NCBI RefSeq assembly: GCF_006345805.1
Contig: NW_021836549.1
Location: 1 to 23,715 of the forward strand
Length of the DNA stretch: 23,715 nucleotides
From: Octopus sinensis
Lineage: Eukaryota
Direction: 5' to 3'
Of the stretch, positions 1-10,440 are shown in pieces. The position numbers and the translations under genes were made by a program. The notes below the pieces were generated by a model. It searched no databases. It had not been told where the DNA came from and worked only from the letters and a program-made list of their open reading frames with translations. Numbering within the stretch: the first letter of the stretch is position 1; each line of letters starts with the position of its first letter.

Positions 1-141
1 AGAAAGAAAGAAAAGAGAAAGAAATAACGAAGAAAAAGAAGTAAGATAGATAGATAGATAGTATAGATAGAATAGATAGATAGATTAGATAAAGAACGAA
101 AAGAAGGAAAGAAAGCAAGAAGAAAGAAGAAAGAAAGAAAA

Positions 142-177
<36 letters not shown>

Positions 178-330
178 ATTGAGGAGAGTTGGAGGGGGGA
201 AAATGCAGTTCTTTCAGGATTGATAAACAGTTAACGGAAGCAATATTAAAGATGAAGAAGTAAGGAGAATGAGAGACAAAGATCGAATCGGAGAGAGAGA
301 GAGAGGGGGAGAGAGGGACAGAGAGAGAGG
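1..330. repeat. Purine-rich compound microsatellite (AAAG)n/(GATA)n/(GA)n
   Basis: Seen directly: almost pyrimidine-free + strand with AAAG, GATA and GA runs. Confidence 0.95.
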
Positions 331-483
331 TGGGTTAGGTGTGACACGAAGACAGTAAGAGAAAGAGAAATTCTAAAGATGACAGATGTATATCTAACAA
401 AAGAGCGGTAGGAAAAAGGGAGTTAATTAAAAGGGAAAACTTTTTCAATACCAGAAATAGTGATACTGACAGGAACATGGGAA

Positions 484-519
<36 letters not shown>

Positions 520-858
520 GGGGGAATGATAGTGGTGGTGATGGTAGTGGTGATGGTCGGTAAGTTAGTGATGGTACTGGTGATTGTAATGTTGGTGATG
601 GCGCTAATGATAATGATGGTGGTGATGGTGGTGGTGTTTGTGATGATGATAGTGATAGTGATAACGGTTGTGGTGGTGGTGGAGATGGTGGTGGTGGTGG
701 TGGTGATGGTGGTGGTGATGGTGGTGGTGGTGGTGGTGGTGGTGGTGGTGATGGTGGTGGTGATGGTGGTGGTGATGGTGGTGGTGGTGGTGGTGGTGAT
801 GGTGGTGGTGATGGTGGTGGTGATGGTGGTGGTGGTGTGGTGGTGGTGGTGGTGGTGG
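484..858. repeat. Triplet microsatellite, (GAT)n grading into (GGT)n
   Basis: Seen directly; it explains the poly-M/V and poly-H ORFs 460..876 and 604..987. Confidence 0.95.
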
Positions 859-859
859 A

Positions 860-1197
860 TCGTCGTTCGACAGTGAAGATTCGGTTGTTCGATTAACTGA
901 ATTACCTACCCCTGATTTGACGTCTACGCGGCTGAGTATTCCACAGACACGTGTTACTTTAAAGTAATTCTTACGTAGAATCAGCATGGCACAGTGTGTC
1001 TGGCGAGGCTATAGCTTTTGAACCACAAATATAATCCATCCTATGGGATACCACACAGTTTCCGTTTTCCAAATTTCAGACACAAAGTATAGACCGACCA
1101 TAGCCTACAGAAAATAACAATTGCCTAAGATGCCGAATGGGATCGAAACCGATATCTCTTGGCTGCAAAGTAAACTTCTTAAACATTTAGCCACACT
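860..1197 (-). mobile_element. Degenerate tRNA-derived SINE (Octopus-type)
   Basis: The minus strand starts AGTGTGGCTAAATGTTTAAGAAG (A-box-like) and has GGTTTCGATCCC (B-box-like). Its 3' part ACACGTGTCTGTGGAATACTCAGCC closely matches the tail of the SINE at 2150-2512 (ACACGTGTCTCTGGAGTGCTCAGCC). Family recognition is from memory. Confidence 0.7.
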
Positions 1198-2149
1198 ATA
1201 ATAAAAGGAACAAATATTACAAAGCTAACTGACTGAAAGTTGTTGTTGTTCTTCTTCTTCTTTAGGCCCTCGATCACTCCGGGCGTTCCAGATGCGACCA
1301 TCTATTCTTTTTTCAGTATTTTTATTTCAAACACTCTTTACTACAAAACAGTAGGATGTTCTGGCGGAGATTTGGCTGCTATTTTTAGAAATTCCCTAGT
1401 TTTCGCTTCTTGTAGCCGTTTCTATAGCAACTGTTGTTATTAATATTATTATTACCCTTGTTGTTATTGTTGTTTGTCGTTGTTGTTTACTCGAAATCAG
1501 CCATAATCCAACTCACCACTTTCAACCATAGCTATTTCGTACTTTTTGTTGTATCATTTCGTACATTTTTGTTGTATTATTTAGTACTTTTTGTTGTCCA
1601 GTATATTGTTATTCTCTTTAAGACGGGCGGGAGTAATTTAAGGGAGATTTAGCTCTGACTTCTAGCCAAACAAGTGACCTTCTTGAGTTTCCGTCATTGG
1701 CTCAAGAAATATATGAATGTATTCCATTTTCCGGGGAAAGCAGTGACTTAGCCGAGTTGTTACAACATCTGAGAGCGCTTCTGGTGGTGTTTGTTTCAAC
1801 TCACTGGCCTCTAAATTGTAATAACGTGTAATTCAGATTTGCTTTGGCTCATTCTGGGATCCATAAAGTATAAGTCAAGCGAATAACTCACTCACTCCCT
1901 CTCTCTTTCGGAATCGGCATCTTTATGAAATTCACACACAAACCAGATACAGAAATAGCGAAAATACAGTAAATTGATGCAGATGCGAAATTAAGATCGT
2001 TTTAATACATCAAATCCCAGAGTTCAATTACACTTCGCTGCAATATGGCTGCTGATGCCTTAGGGGTATTTAGATGCACTATGTGCGGAAGTCCGACTGT
2101 ATGGATTGTGTTTACAATTCAAATGATCAGGTGTGCCACATTGAGGTAC

Positions 2150-2512
2150 ACTAAGCGACGACGAGGGTTCCAGTTGATCCGATGAACGGAACATACTGAT
2201 CGTGAAATTAATGTGCAAGTGGCTGAGCACTCCAGAGACACGTGTACACTTAACGCAGTTCTCGGGGAGATTCAGCGTGGTACAATGTGTGACAAGGCTG
2301 ACCCTTTGAAATACAGGTACAACAGAAACAGGAAGAAAGAGTGAGAGAAAGTTGTGGTGAAAGAGTACAGCAGGGTTCGCTACCACCACCACCCCTGCTG
2401 GAACCTCGTGTTTTCGCTCAATAAATACACACAACGCCCGATCTAAGCATCGAAACCGCGATCCTACGACTGCGCGAGTCCGCTGCTCTAACCACTGGGC
2501 CATTGCGCCTCC
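2150..2512 (-). mobile_element. Near full-length tRNA-derived SINE (Octopus-type)
   Basis: Minus-strand head GGAGGCGCAATGGCCCAGTGGTTAGAGCAGCGGACTCGCG with A box TGGCCCAGTGG and B-box-like GGTTTCGATGC. Body and tail (...GGATCAACTGGAACCCTCGTCGTCG) match an abundant Octopus SINE as I recall it. Confidence 0.85.
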
Positions 2513-2959
2513 ACCTTTCGGCAAATAACTGTGATATAATTGTAGCGGCTTAGTTTCAGGAGTAACAGTAGCTCCTGTAACAAGCTCCAAGGAGTGTAAA
2601 ATTGATTGTAAAAATCTTTGAAACGGTGAAGCCCAAATAAAGGCGCAAACCGACAGATCAAGTTTACCGTCCAAAACAGAAGCCATGACACTCTCCAGTC
2701 GCCAGCGATCTTCTACGTTGATTGGTCATTTTAGTCGACCCGCGAATATACTTGAAAAGGCCTGCTCAACGGCCTGTGCAGAGGCATCGATCTTAAGACC
2801 ATCTAATTGGGAAAACGACACTTTCACTTCCTAACCATGGCTGGGACCGTAGTAATCCAATATGACTGATACATTAACAGCAAATTGGCTCCAGCAAATG
2901 AGACTTGCATAAAGTTAGTTTCAGTGACGGACGAAATAATAGACGGTCAGCTAATTGCA

Positions 2960-3115
2960 CGTGTGTGTGTGTGTGTGTGTGTATGGGTATGTAGGTTTGG
3001 ATATGTTTATATGTAAAATATACATACATACATACATACACACTCACACACACACACACACACACACACTCCATATATATATATATATAATATATATATT
3101 ATATTATATATTGAT
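2960..3115. repeat. (GT)n/(CA)n/(TA)n compound dinucleotide repeat
   Basis: Seen directly. Confidence 0.9.
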
Positions 3116-3226
3116 TGATTGATTTGCTATACATACAGACAATGTGAGAGACGGATAATATATATACATAGATCCGTCCGTCTTCTTTCTCTCTCTCTAT
3201 ATTATATATACATACATATATATATT

Positions 3227-3336
3227 ATTTCTTTACTACCTACAAGGGGTAAACACAGAGGGGAGAAACAAGGACAGACAAACGGATTAAGTCGATATAT
3301 CGACCCCAGTGCGTAACTGGTACTTAATTTATCGAC
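3227..3336 (-). mobile_element. SINE 3' fragment (Octopus-type)
   Basis: Minus strand GTCGATAAATTAAGTACCAGTTACGCACTGGGGTCGATATATCGAC...CCCCTTGTAGGTAGTAAAGAAAT. It resembles the GTCGATGAAATAAACACC...GGGGTCAATGTA segment at about 7273-7345. Family identity is from memory. Confidence 0.75.
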
Positions 3337-3759
3337 ATAGACACCCCACACACACATATATATATATATATAATATAATATATATATATATATATAAACT
3401 CATATACTATATATGCATAATATATCTATCATATATCATATATTATATATATATTATATATATATATATATATAGATTCCGATTTTGATATATTTATATA
3501 TAGGTAATGAGAGAGGGGGCAAAGAGACAGATGGTTATATAGACAAGCAAATTGATTTATGTCTATGTGTAAGGGGGAATTGACGGGGAAGTTATATGCG
3601 TATATGTGTGCCATAAAGTATGTGCGTATAATCACACAGACACACATATACATATATTTGTATGTGTTTTTTTTGTATGTATGTATGTATGCATGTATGT
3701 ATGTAGGTATGTATGTATAATTGATAGATTGAGAGATAGATGCCGACAAAAGTTAATAT

Positions 3760-3920
3760 AATATATTGCCGAGTTCAGTCTATAGATCTGCCGATTCCAT
3801 GACCAGAAAGAAATCCGTCAAAGCTGTGTCGGCATGATTTCAATTTCTTTGATAAGTCTCAACTGTTTATAGAAGTTCCGATACACGAGGGAATCGGTTT
3901 CGCGCTTCACTCCACCCGTC
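3760..3920 (-). mobile_element. Highly degenerate SINE fragment
   Basis: Minus strand ATTAAGACGGGTGGAGTGAAGCGCGAAACCGATT loosely resembles the head ATTAAGGCGGCAAGCTAGCAGCACCGTT at 7192-7220. Confidence 0.35.
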
Positions 3921-4169
3921 TTAATACTTGGCACTCACCCAAAACGCAATCCATCTGATACAAATGAGATATTTACACAGTTTTTCATAATGTCTTCGCA
4001 ATGGCTTGCTGCAATTTCGCCAGCTAGACATCAACACAGACAGCGGCGTTGAACACAGCCGAGCACCTACACGTAGACGCAAACACAAGCACACACACAC
4101 AAACACGTACACACACACATACACACGTCCGCGGACGCACATACGGTTTCAATACATACTCTCATATAT

Positions 4170-4181
4170 ACAAACATATAA

Positions 4182-4254
<73 letters not shown>

Positions 4255-4303
4255 ATAGATTAGATATATATATATATAAATGTATGTATTTGTGTTTGTA
4301 TAC

Positions 4304-4357
<54 letters not shown>

Positions 4358-4465
4358 ACATACATACACTTATGTAATTATGTATATATCCTTATATGCA
4401 TGTATGTATGTATTATGTATGTGTGCATGTAGGTATGCATGCATGTATATACATATCTATATCTA

Positions 4466-4516
<51 letters not shown>

Positions 4517-4560
4517 ATATGTATATATATATATGTATATGTATATGTATGTATGTATTC
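4170..4560. repeat. (TA)n/(GATA)n/(GT)n compound microsatellite
   Basis: Seen directly; source of the YIYI and YLSI ORFs. Confidence 0.95.
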
Positions 4561-4569
4561 ATATTAGCT

Positions 4570-4962
4570 GCGTCGTCGTCGTCGTGTGCTGATGCTAGTG
4601 GTGTTAGTAGTGGTAGTTTATATGGTAGTGGTGATGGTGGTGCTGCTGCTGTTGATGATGGTGATGATGAAGGTGGTGCTGAGGATGCTGGTGCTATTGG
4701 TGGTGGTTGTGGTGGTGTATGCGGTAGAGGTGGTGGTGGTGGTAGTGGTGCATGTGTGGTGGTGGTGGTGGTGGCGGTGGTGATGGTGGTAGTGGAAGTG
4801 ATGCTTGTGATGATAGTGGTTGTGATGGGTCTGGTAATGTATATGGTTGTGGTGGTATCGGTGGTGCTGCTGCATATGGTAGTGGTGTTGTTGGTGGTGG
4901 TGGAGGTGGTGGTGGTGGTGGTGGTGGTGGTGATGGTGGAGGTGGAGGTGGTGGTGGTGGTA
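4570..4962. repeat. Degenerate (GGT)n triplet repeat
   Basis: Seen directly. Confidence 0.9.
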
Positions 4963-5029
4963 ATTAACTTTGCTGTAGTGCTCGATGTGTGGTTCCTTGT
5001 ATTTTCATAATAAAGAGATATACGGCGAG

Positions 5030-5140
5030 GATGATGACGACGATGATGATGATGATGATGATGACGATCACCATCATCATCATCAATATCATCGTCGTCA
5101 TCATCATCATCGTCATCATCATCATCGTCATCATCATCAT
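5030..5140. repeat. (GAT/GAC)n arm abutting an inverted (ATC/GTC)n arm; 5030-5105 is a near-perfect palindrome
   Basis: Hand alignment: 34 of 38 positions pair across the centre 5067|5068. Confidence 0.9.
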
Positions 5141-5240
5141 AGACTCCAGTTGACACAAGCCTCGTTACTGATTCTGTGTCGCCGAAAACTGTGCGGAATC
5201 CTGCGATACCGAATGTGCCAAAAATTGAAAATATTCAGCC

Positions 5241-5330
5241 TTGTTACACTTGTTACACTGTGTCACACAATTTCCCTTTGAGTCACATTGTGTCACACCG
5301 TGTCACACTGCGTTATACTGCGTCACAGAG
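5241..5330. repeat. 10-bp minisatellite, consensus TGTCACACTG
   Basis: In-phase units: tgttacactg, tgtcacacaa, one divergent unit, agtcacattg, tgtcacaccg, tgtcacactg, cgttatactg, cgtcacagag (5251-5330). Confidence 0.85.
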
Positions 5331-5760
5331 GGCAGTATCTATTAGGGGTGGGGCTGAAGGAGCAGACAGACATCGTAGTTGGTATGGTCATAAAAATCAA
5401 GATTTATTAGAAGCAATATCATGAGGTTTGGTAAAGGAAAACTTAATAAAAGAGGTTAGCTGACAATTAAGGGGGTTCACCCACTAGCAGACCATTGATA
5501 ATGAAACAGGGGAAGTCTTATCGCGTAGTACTATTGCTAAATATTTTAAACAATGTTGCTAAACTATATACAGTTAAAGTTAAGGGTTATTCAGAGGATT
5601 ATTATAACAAAAGAATAGAAATTTATGAATGCTTTTGAGTATATACTAAACTTTTACCACAAAAGAGGGAGGAAAAGAAATTATCCAAAAATAGTTTAAT
5701 ATTTATGCATACTGTACACTTAAATACTAACTCATCAGATAGTATCTGTGAATATTGATT
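5331..5760 (+). pseudogene. Possible decayed IS630/Tc1/mariner-like transposase fragment
   Basis: Reading through three stops and one frameshift (about 5551) gives ...QTIDNETGEVLSRSTIAKYFK/NVAKLYTVKVKGYSEDYYNKRIEIYECF*VYTKLLPQKREEKKLSKNSLIFMHTVHLN. The spacing resembles the second HTH (ETGxxVSRSTIxR), the LYTxK linker and the IFxDE first catalytic motif of this superfamily, but the D is not preserved. Judged by eye only. Confidence 0.35.
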
Positions 5761-5961
5761 AATTGGTATATACTTGTATTAATAGTGTATTGAATTAAAT
5801 GAACATGCTAATTATATATTAATAAAATTGTAATCTAAACATATTTTTTTATAAGTAGTGAATATACCGGTATAGTTTTATATAAGCTAAGTATGAATTT
5901 ATAGAGATACGAAAATTAGATTAATTTTATAAATAAATAAATGCTAATTATAAAATAAAAT

Positions 5962-6549
5962 AATCAAGTAGGACAGAACACCATAGAAAAGGAAATAAAA
6001 TGGCTTAATTACAAATACTATGGTAAAGTATATGTAGCTTATTAACACCAATAGAGAAGATTTTTAGAAAAAGTATAATAATTCAAAATATATTGACTAA
6101 AAATTATATATTTACTTATTTAGCTAATTCAATAAAAGACTGATGTCTGGTATCAGCTAAGGAATATAAGTTATGGAACAATCATATCTTACACTAATCT
6201 TTTTTTTTTTAAACTAAGGGTTATATATAGGTTAAGAAGTTATTATTGATATATTTTCTTCCTACTCTCCCTATAGTTTCTTAGTGGTACTTGTTTAGAA
6301 GGGTTATTTATATAAAGGCCCTAATAAATACTAAGATCAGGAGGGTAGAGTCATTTAAGAAAGAGATAAATCAAGTAATTTCTAAAGATCATTTCAAACA
6401 ATATTGCCTTATAGTATAAAATTAAAATTTAGGGCAATCAAGAAGATTATTAAGAATGAAATTTTAGCAAAACGATAAAACTTCTCGAAATATTCAAAAT
6501 ATTTAAGCAATTTAATTTCCTTCTCTATGGTGTTCTGCCCTACTGGATT
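5962..6549. mobile_element. Non-autonomous inverted-repeat element (MITE-like) with ~50-bp TIRs
   Basis: 5962-6011 AATCAAGTAGGACAGAACACCATAGAAAAGGAAATAAAATGGCTTAATTA versus the reverse complement of 6500-6549 AATCCAGTAGGGCAGAACACCATAGAGAAGGAAATTAAATTGCTTAAATA: 44/50 identical. Non-coding AT-rich interior; no TSD identified. Confidence 0.65.
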
Positions 6550-6736
6550 GCTCTGCATTTTAAATTGATATAAAGTTTGCATTGTTCAATTAAATGGAGT
6601 TGCATGAAACGATCGTACTGCATTGCCTCTGGATATCCTTGTTGCTTATTTTGATTTTAATCACCTTACTTTGAAATTGTATGGATAATACCGTACTAAA
6701 TTCTGGTGCCTCAAATTAAGTACCATATTCATCTGA

Positions 6737-6737
<1 letters not shown>

Positions 6738-6797
<60 letters not shown>
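6738..6797. repeat. (CT)n(AT)n microsatellite
   Basis: Seen directly. Confidence 0.95.
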
Positions 6798-6798
<1 letters not shown>

Positions 6799-7188
6799 GC
6801 GCAGACGTGGCTGTGTGGTAAGAAGCTTGCTTCCCAACCACATGGTTCCGGCTTCGGTCCTTCTTTATCACACCTTGGGCAAGTGTTCACTACTATAGAC
6901 TTGGGCCGACGAAAGTCTTGTGAGTGGATTTGGTAAATGGAAACGGAAAGAAGCCTGTCGTATAATATACATATGTTTATGTTTGTGTGTCTGTATTTGT
7001 CCTTCCACCGTAACTTCACAACTGATGTTGGCGAGTTCACGTCCCCGTAACTTAGCGGTTCGGCAAAAGTGACCAATAAAATAAGTACTAGGCTTACAAA
7101 GAATAAGTCCTGGGGTCGATTTTTTCCACTCAAGGCGATGCTCCAGCTTGGCTGCAGTCAAATGACTGAAACAAAGAATGAAAGAATA
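6799..7188 (+). mobile_element. Full-length tRNA-derived SINE (Octopus-type, CORE-like segment)
   Basis: Head GCGCAGACGTGGCTGTGTGGTAAGAAGCTTGC; ACCTTGGGCAAGTG resembles the CORE-SINE motif; tail ...GTCAAATGACTGAAACAAAGAATGAAAGAATA. A second, inverted copy lies at 10441-10837. Confidence 0.9.
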
Positions 7189-7196
7189 TGTATTAA

Positions 7197-7388
7197 GGCG
7201 GCAAGCTAGCAGCACCGTTAGCACGCAGGAGAAATGCTGTTTCTGAGTTCAAATTCCGCCGAGGGCGACGTTGCTCTTTCATCCTTTCGGGTGTCGATGA
7301 AATAAACACCAATGGAGTACGGGGCGCGGGGGTGGGGTCAATGTACTCCTACCCCTTAACTGCTGGCCTTGTGATAAAATTTAAAACC
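7197..7388 (+). mobile_element. Second tRNA-derived SINE family, internally deleted copy
   Basis: Head GGCGGCAAGCTAGCAGCACCGTTAGCACG, B-box-like GAGTTCAAATTCC, then CTTTCATCCTTTCGGGTGTCGATGAAATAAA. Recognised from memory as an Octopus SINE. Confidence 0.75.
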
Positions 7389-7400
7389 GATATATATATG

Positions 7401-7555
7401 CAGGGGCGGACCCAATGTGGAGCCTGAGGGGCATGTGTACCCTTCAAAAAAGAAGTGAGCCCTTTTAAATAACGTTATTACGCCATTTTCTCTTGGAATT
7501 ATATTCTTTTATGACCTTGTGCCCTCTCTTCGATACCTTCCAGGGACCGCACCTC
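7401..7555. mobile_element. Short MITE-like element with imperfect 13-bp TIRs
   Basis: Left end CAGGGGCGGACCC; right end GGGACCGCACCTC matches its reverse complement (GGGTCCGCCCCTG) at 10/13. Inner GAGGGGCATG / TTGTGCCCTC are also roughly inverted. Superfamily not determined. Confidence 0.55.
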
Positions 7556-7904
7556 ATAAGTATGTGTTTTATACGATGAATGAACGATACTTTATGTCAG
7601 ATTCCATACAAAACGTAGAATAAATAAATTTATTAAATGACTCTAATATGGTGGAAGATTACATTCAGGAATTCTGAATTTCTGTGCAACCAGCTTAATG
7701 AATGCTGCACTTCATCAGCTTCTGCCAGTTTAATGCATGTTTATTGCATGCTTATGCACAGAAGTGAATTTTGGTGATAACTAAAATTCCGACACTAAAT
7801 TCTCTGTCGTTCAACGAAAGCAGCTCATTTAGACTCGACTGTAAGATTTTGTGTTTATATGGACGCTAATATATCAGTGATGGACAGCCAATGGGACAGA
7901 CAAA

Positions 7905-8123
<219 letters not shown>

Positions 8124-8823
8124 GTGGTTTCCGCTTATGAATGTCGTATTCTTGGTTCAGACAACACGTACGTAGGACTACATTGTCCAATGTGTCCCTC
8201 TAGCCTCAACGTAGAGACATACTTCATTGTTAGCCCATATAGCTTGTGATAATGGCGAATCTTTACGTGTGTCACTATCTACTGTATAAAGATAGTTCAT
8301 TCAAATCCTTCCATTGAATTAAAGCCCCTTAAAATCTCCTGTTGTGTATGTATGTCTGTGTGTGTTTGTAAGAGATAAAGAAGGGGTGAACGAGAGACAG
8401 AGCGCGAAAGGCAGAGACGGAGAGATTGAGAGACATTGAGAGAGATTTGTTTTGTCTCGTAGGTTTATTTCTCGTTGATTTTATTCGTTGCTATTCATGT
8501 TATAAATATTAAACCGTATTCTGTAATATTTCTGACATCTTGATTCTTTTTCGTTCATCCTTTCATTCTTTCATTCGTACATTCTTTCTTTCTTTCTTTC
8601 TGACTTACTTTTCTCATTTCTTTTCTTTTCTTTCTTTTTTTTCCTTTTACTATTCTATCTCTGTCTCTCCCTCTTTCTATCTCCCTCTTTTTCTATTTCT
8701 CCCTTCTGGAAGTGAATAAGCGATATAGAGAGGAATGAAAACCTGGTCCCTTATAAATGAGAGACAGACAAAGTGAGATCAAGTTTGTGGTAAGTATATT
8801 ACTTTCTCTCCATTGACTTAGCA

Positions 8824-9096
8824 CACTGATTCTCAACCGCAGTCCATATGATCTTTAAGAGTCTGGACGACTCTTTGTGTTGGAGGGGGTCCATATGATC
8901 CTTGTGGTTCCATGTAGAATTTTATTTTTAAGATTTCTTTGCAATAAATCGGTCGCATTTTTACAATACGTAAACTGTTTTAGCAAATTTTTTATACAAT
9001 TCTTAATAATATTTAATCATAACAGCATAATAGGATTGTTTTAGGCATCAAATGGTTATTAGGATCCAGAGGTAAAAAAATGGTTGAGAACCCCTG
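8824..9096. mobile_element. Non-autonomous hAT (Charlie-like) MITE with 8-bp TSD
   Basis: Left TIR CACTGATTCTCAACC (8824-8838); right TIR GGTTGAGAACCCCTG (9082-9096), 12/15 complementary. Flanks ACTTAGCA (8816-8823) and ATTTAGCA (9097-9104) match 7/8. An 8-bp TSD and CAG..TTCTCAACC-type ends are established hAT/Charlie hallmarks. Confidence 0.85.
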
Positions 9097-9755
9097 ATTT
9101 AGCAAAAACCTGAATAAACATGCTTCGCTAAGGAGATCTAAAAAGCCTAGAACATGTCCTAAGTTTCCATAGATCTTCCCTTCACTACTAAAACATGTAT
9201 CCCATTACATCTCTCTTGTATTTCATTGTAACTGATGTAATTATTTTTAGTAGCTTCCCTTTCCTTGTGATTGGTTTTGTTAATCACTATTCAGCAATAT
9301 TTACCTCTCCTTCACAGAGGAGGGGTCTTAATTAATGATAACTCCCACCACCAACACCACCACATTAAGAATGTTAGAATGTACTTCATTATTTGGCGTT
9401 TCCTGTTTTTCATTGCATGGTGACGAAAACTGCCATCCATGGAGTCCCCAGTTTTTGGAAATACTCATTAAGTACCCCGGACAAAATCACACGTTGCAAA
9501 TTGGCAAGGTATAGCACCCATTAGTCACCATGTCAGGGTCACGGTGAAGTCCTGAAGCCCTGAAAAATGTGGAAATGCTATTATCATTGGAACGAAGAAT
9601 AATAGTAGGAAATGGAAATTCAAAGCATGAAAAACATTTTGTCTTTAAATTTCTTCGCTTTTCGCCGAACAAATTACAATTTTATCAATCTTGGTCTGGA
9701 AATCTCGTCAGTTTGATTGTCATTTCAATTGTCTGTGGAACCTGCGACCATAGAG

Positions 9756-9811
9756 GAGAAATTAGCAATCGAAAGACATTCCATTGAAGAGAAATTAGCA
9801 ATCGAAAGACA
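9756..9811. repeat. Exact 23-bp direct repeat GAGAAATTAGCAATCGAAAGACA, 33-bp period
   Basis: Copies at 9756-9778 and 9789-9811. Confidence 0.9.
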
Positions 9812-10440
9812 AAGATTGTTTATTAGTGTTTATAACTGAATGGCGAACGAGTTTCTCGGAATGAGTGATAAATTTAACTAGTTTAATTTAAAAGATTAAT
9901 TAACTATCGCTGCTGCAGAAGTTGTCTCGAATTTAATTATAATGGCCGCATACTGCAGCACTAATAATCGTATTTAGTCGAAAATCTTTAAGACACGGTT
10001 TTCCTATAGAAAGAAGAGCGAGAATGTGTGTGAGAGAGAAAGAGAAAGAAAGAGAGAGAAAGAGGGAGAGAGAGAACATGGAACAGAGGCAAACGATTCT
10101 TTGCAACGGCCTAAATCCTAAAATATATTCGTCTCTGATCTCTTACCATTCAGAGAATTCCTTTATCCGTTCATTGAAAGCCACTGCGAAAACCACAAGC
10201 CTTTCTTGCCCTTAGTAATATAAACTCAATAGACTCATTATACTTGCTCTCTTTTGATACATAAATACGTGTACGCATGCGCACGCTCGCGCTCGCGTGT
10301 GTGTGTGTATGTGTTCACTTATTTTTGTAGTATGCGTATGAGTCATTATCTGTCTGTTTGTCGATGCTTTAAAGCACATTGGTATAAATGCCCACATTAT
10401 GTTCGTTAGTGTCATAGAAGTGACTCGGAACAATGTTGTA

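Noticed and set aside
460-987. ORFs encoding poly-Met/Val and poly-His
   Set aside because: They are translations of the (GAT)n/(GGT)n microsatellite, which has no stops in several frames.
2440-2512. tRNA-like sequence with A and B boxes
   Set aside because: It is the head of a SINE; I could not fold a full cloverleaf, and it continues into SINE body sequence.
2060-2686. 208-aa ORF, the longest ordinary-looking ORF in the track
   Set aside because: More than half of it is the tRNA-derived SINE at 2150-2512, and no protein family is recognisable in the remainder.
5330-6560. Possible mitochondrial insertion (NUMT), given AT richness and in-frame TGA codons
   Set aside because: No mitochondrial protein, rRNA or tRNA motif was recognised in the frames I translated, TAG/TAA stops also occur, and part of the region is explained by a TIR element.
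7674-7772. Hammerhead-ribozyme-like core on the minus strand (CTGATGA, stem GTGCAGC/GTTGCAC, GAAA, plus CTTCTG/CAGAAG stem)
   Set aside because: Stem II closes with an A-A mismatch, stem III does not pair properly, and no NUH cleavage triplet abuts stem I. An Infernal search with Rfam hammerhead models would be decisive.
9420-9560. Possible exons on either strand (FLEILIKYPGQNHTLQIGK on +; TTTTCAG acceptor on -)
   Set aside because: Splice signals are weak or unpaired, the two strands conflict, and no protein similarity was recognised.
9756-9811. Repeat-spacer-repeat pattern reminiscent of CRISPR
   Set aside because: Only two copies with a 10-bp spacer, in eukaryotic DNA with no cas genes; it is a simple local duplication.
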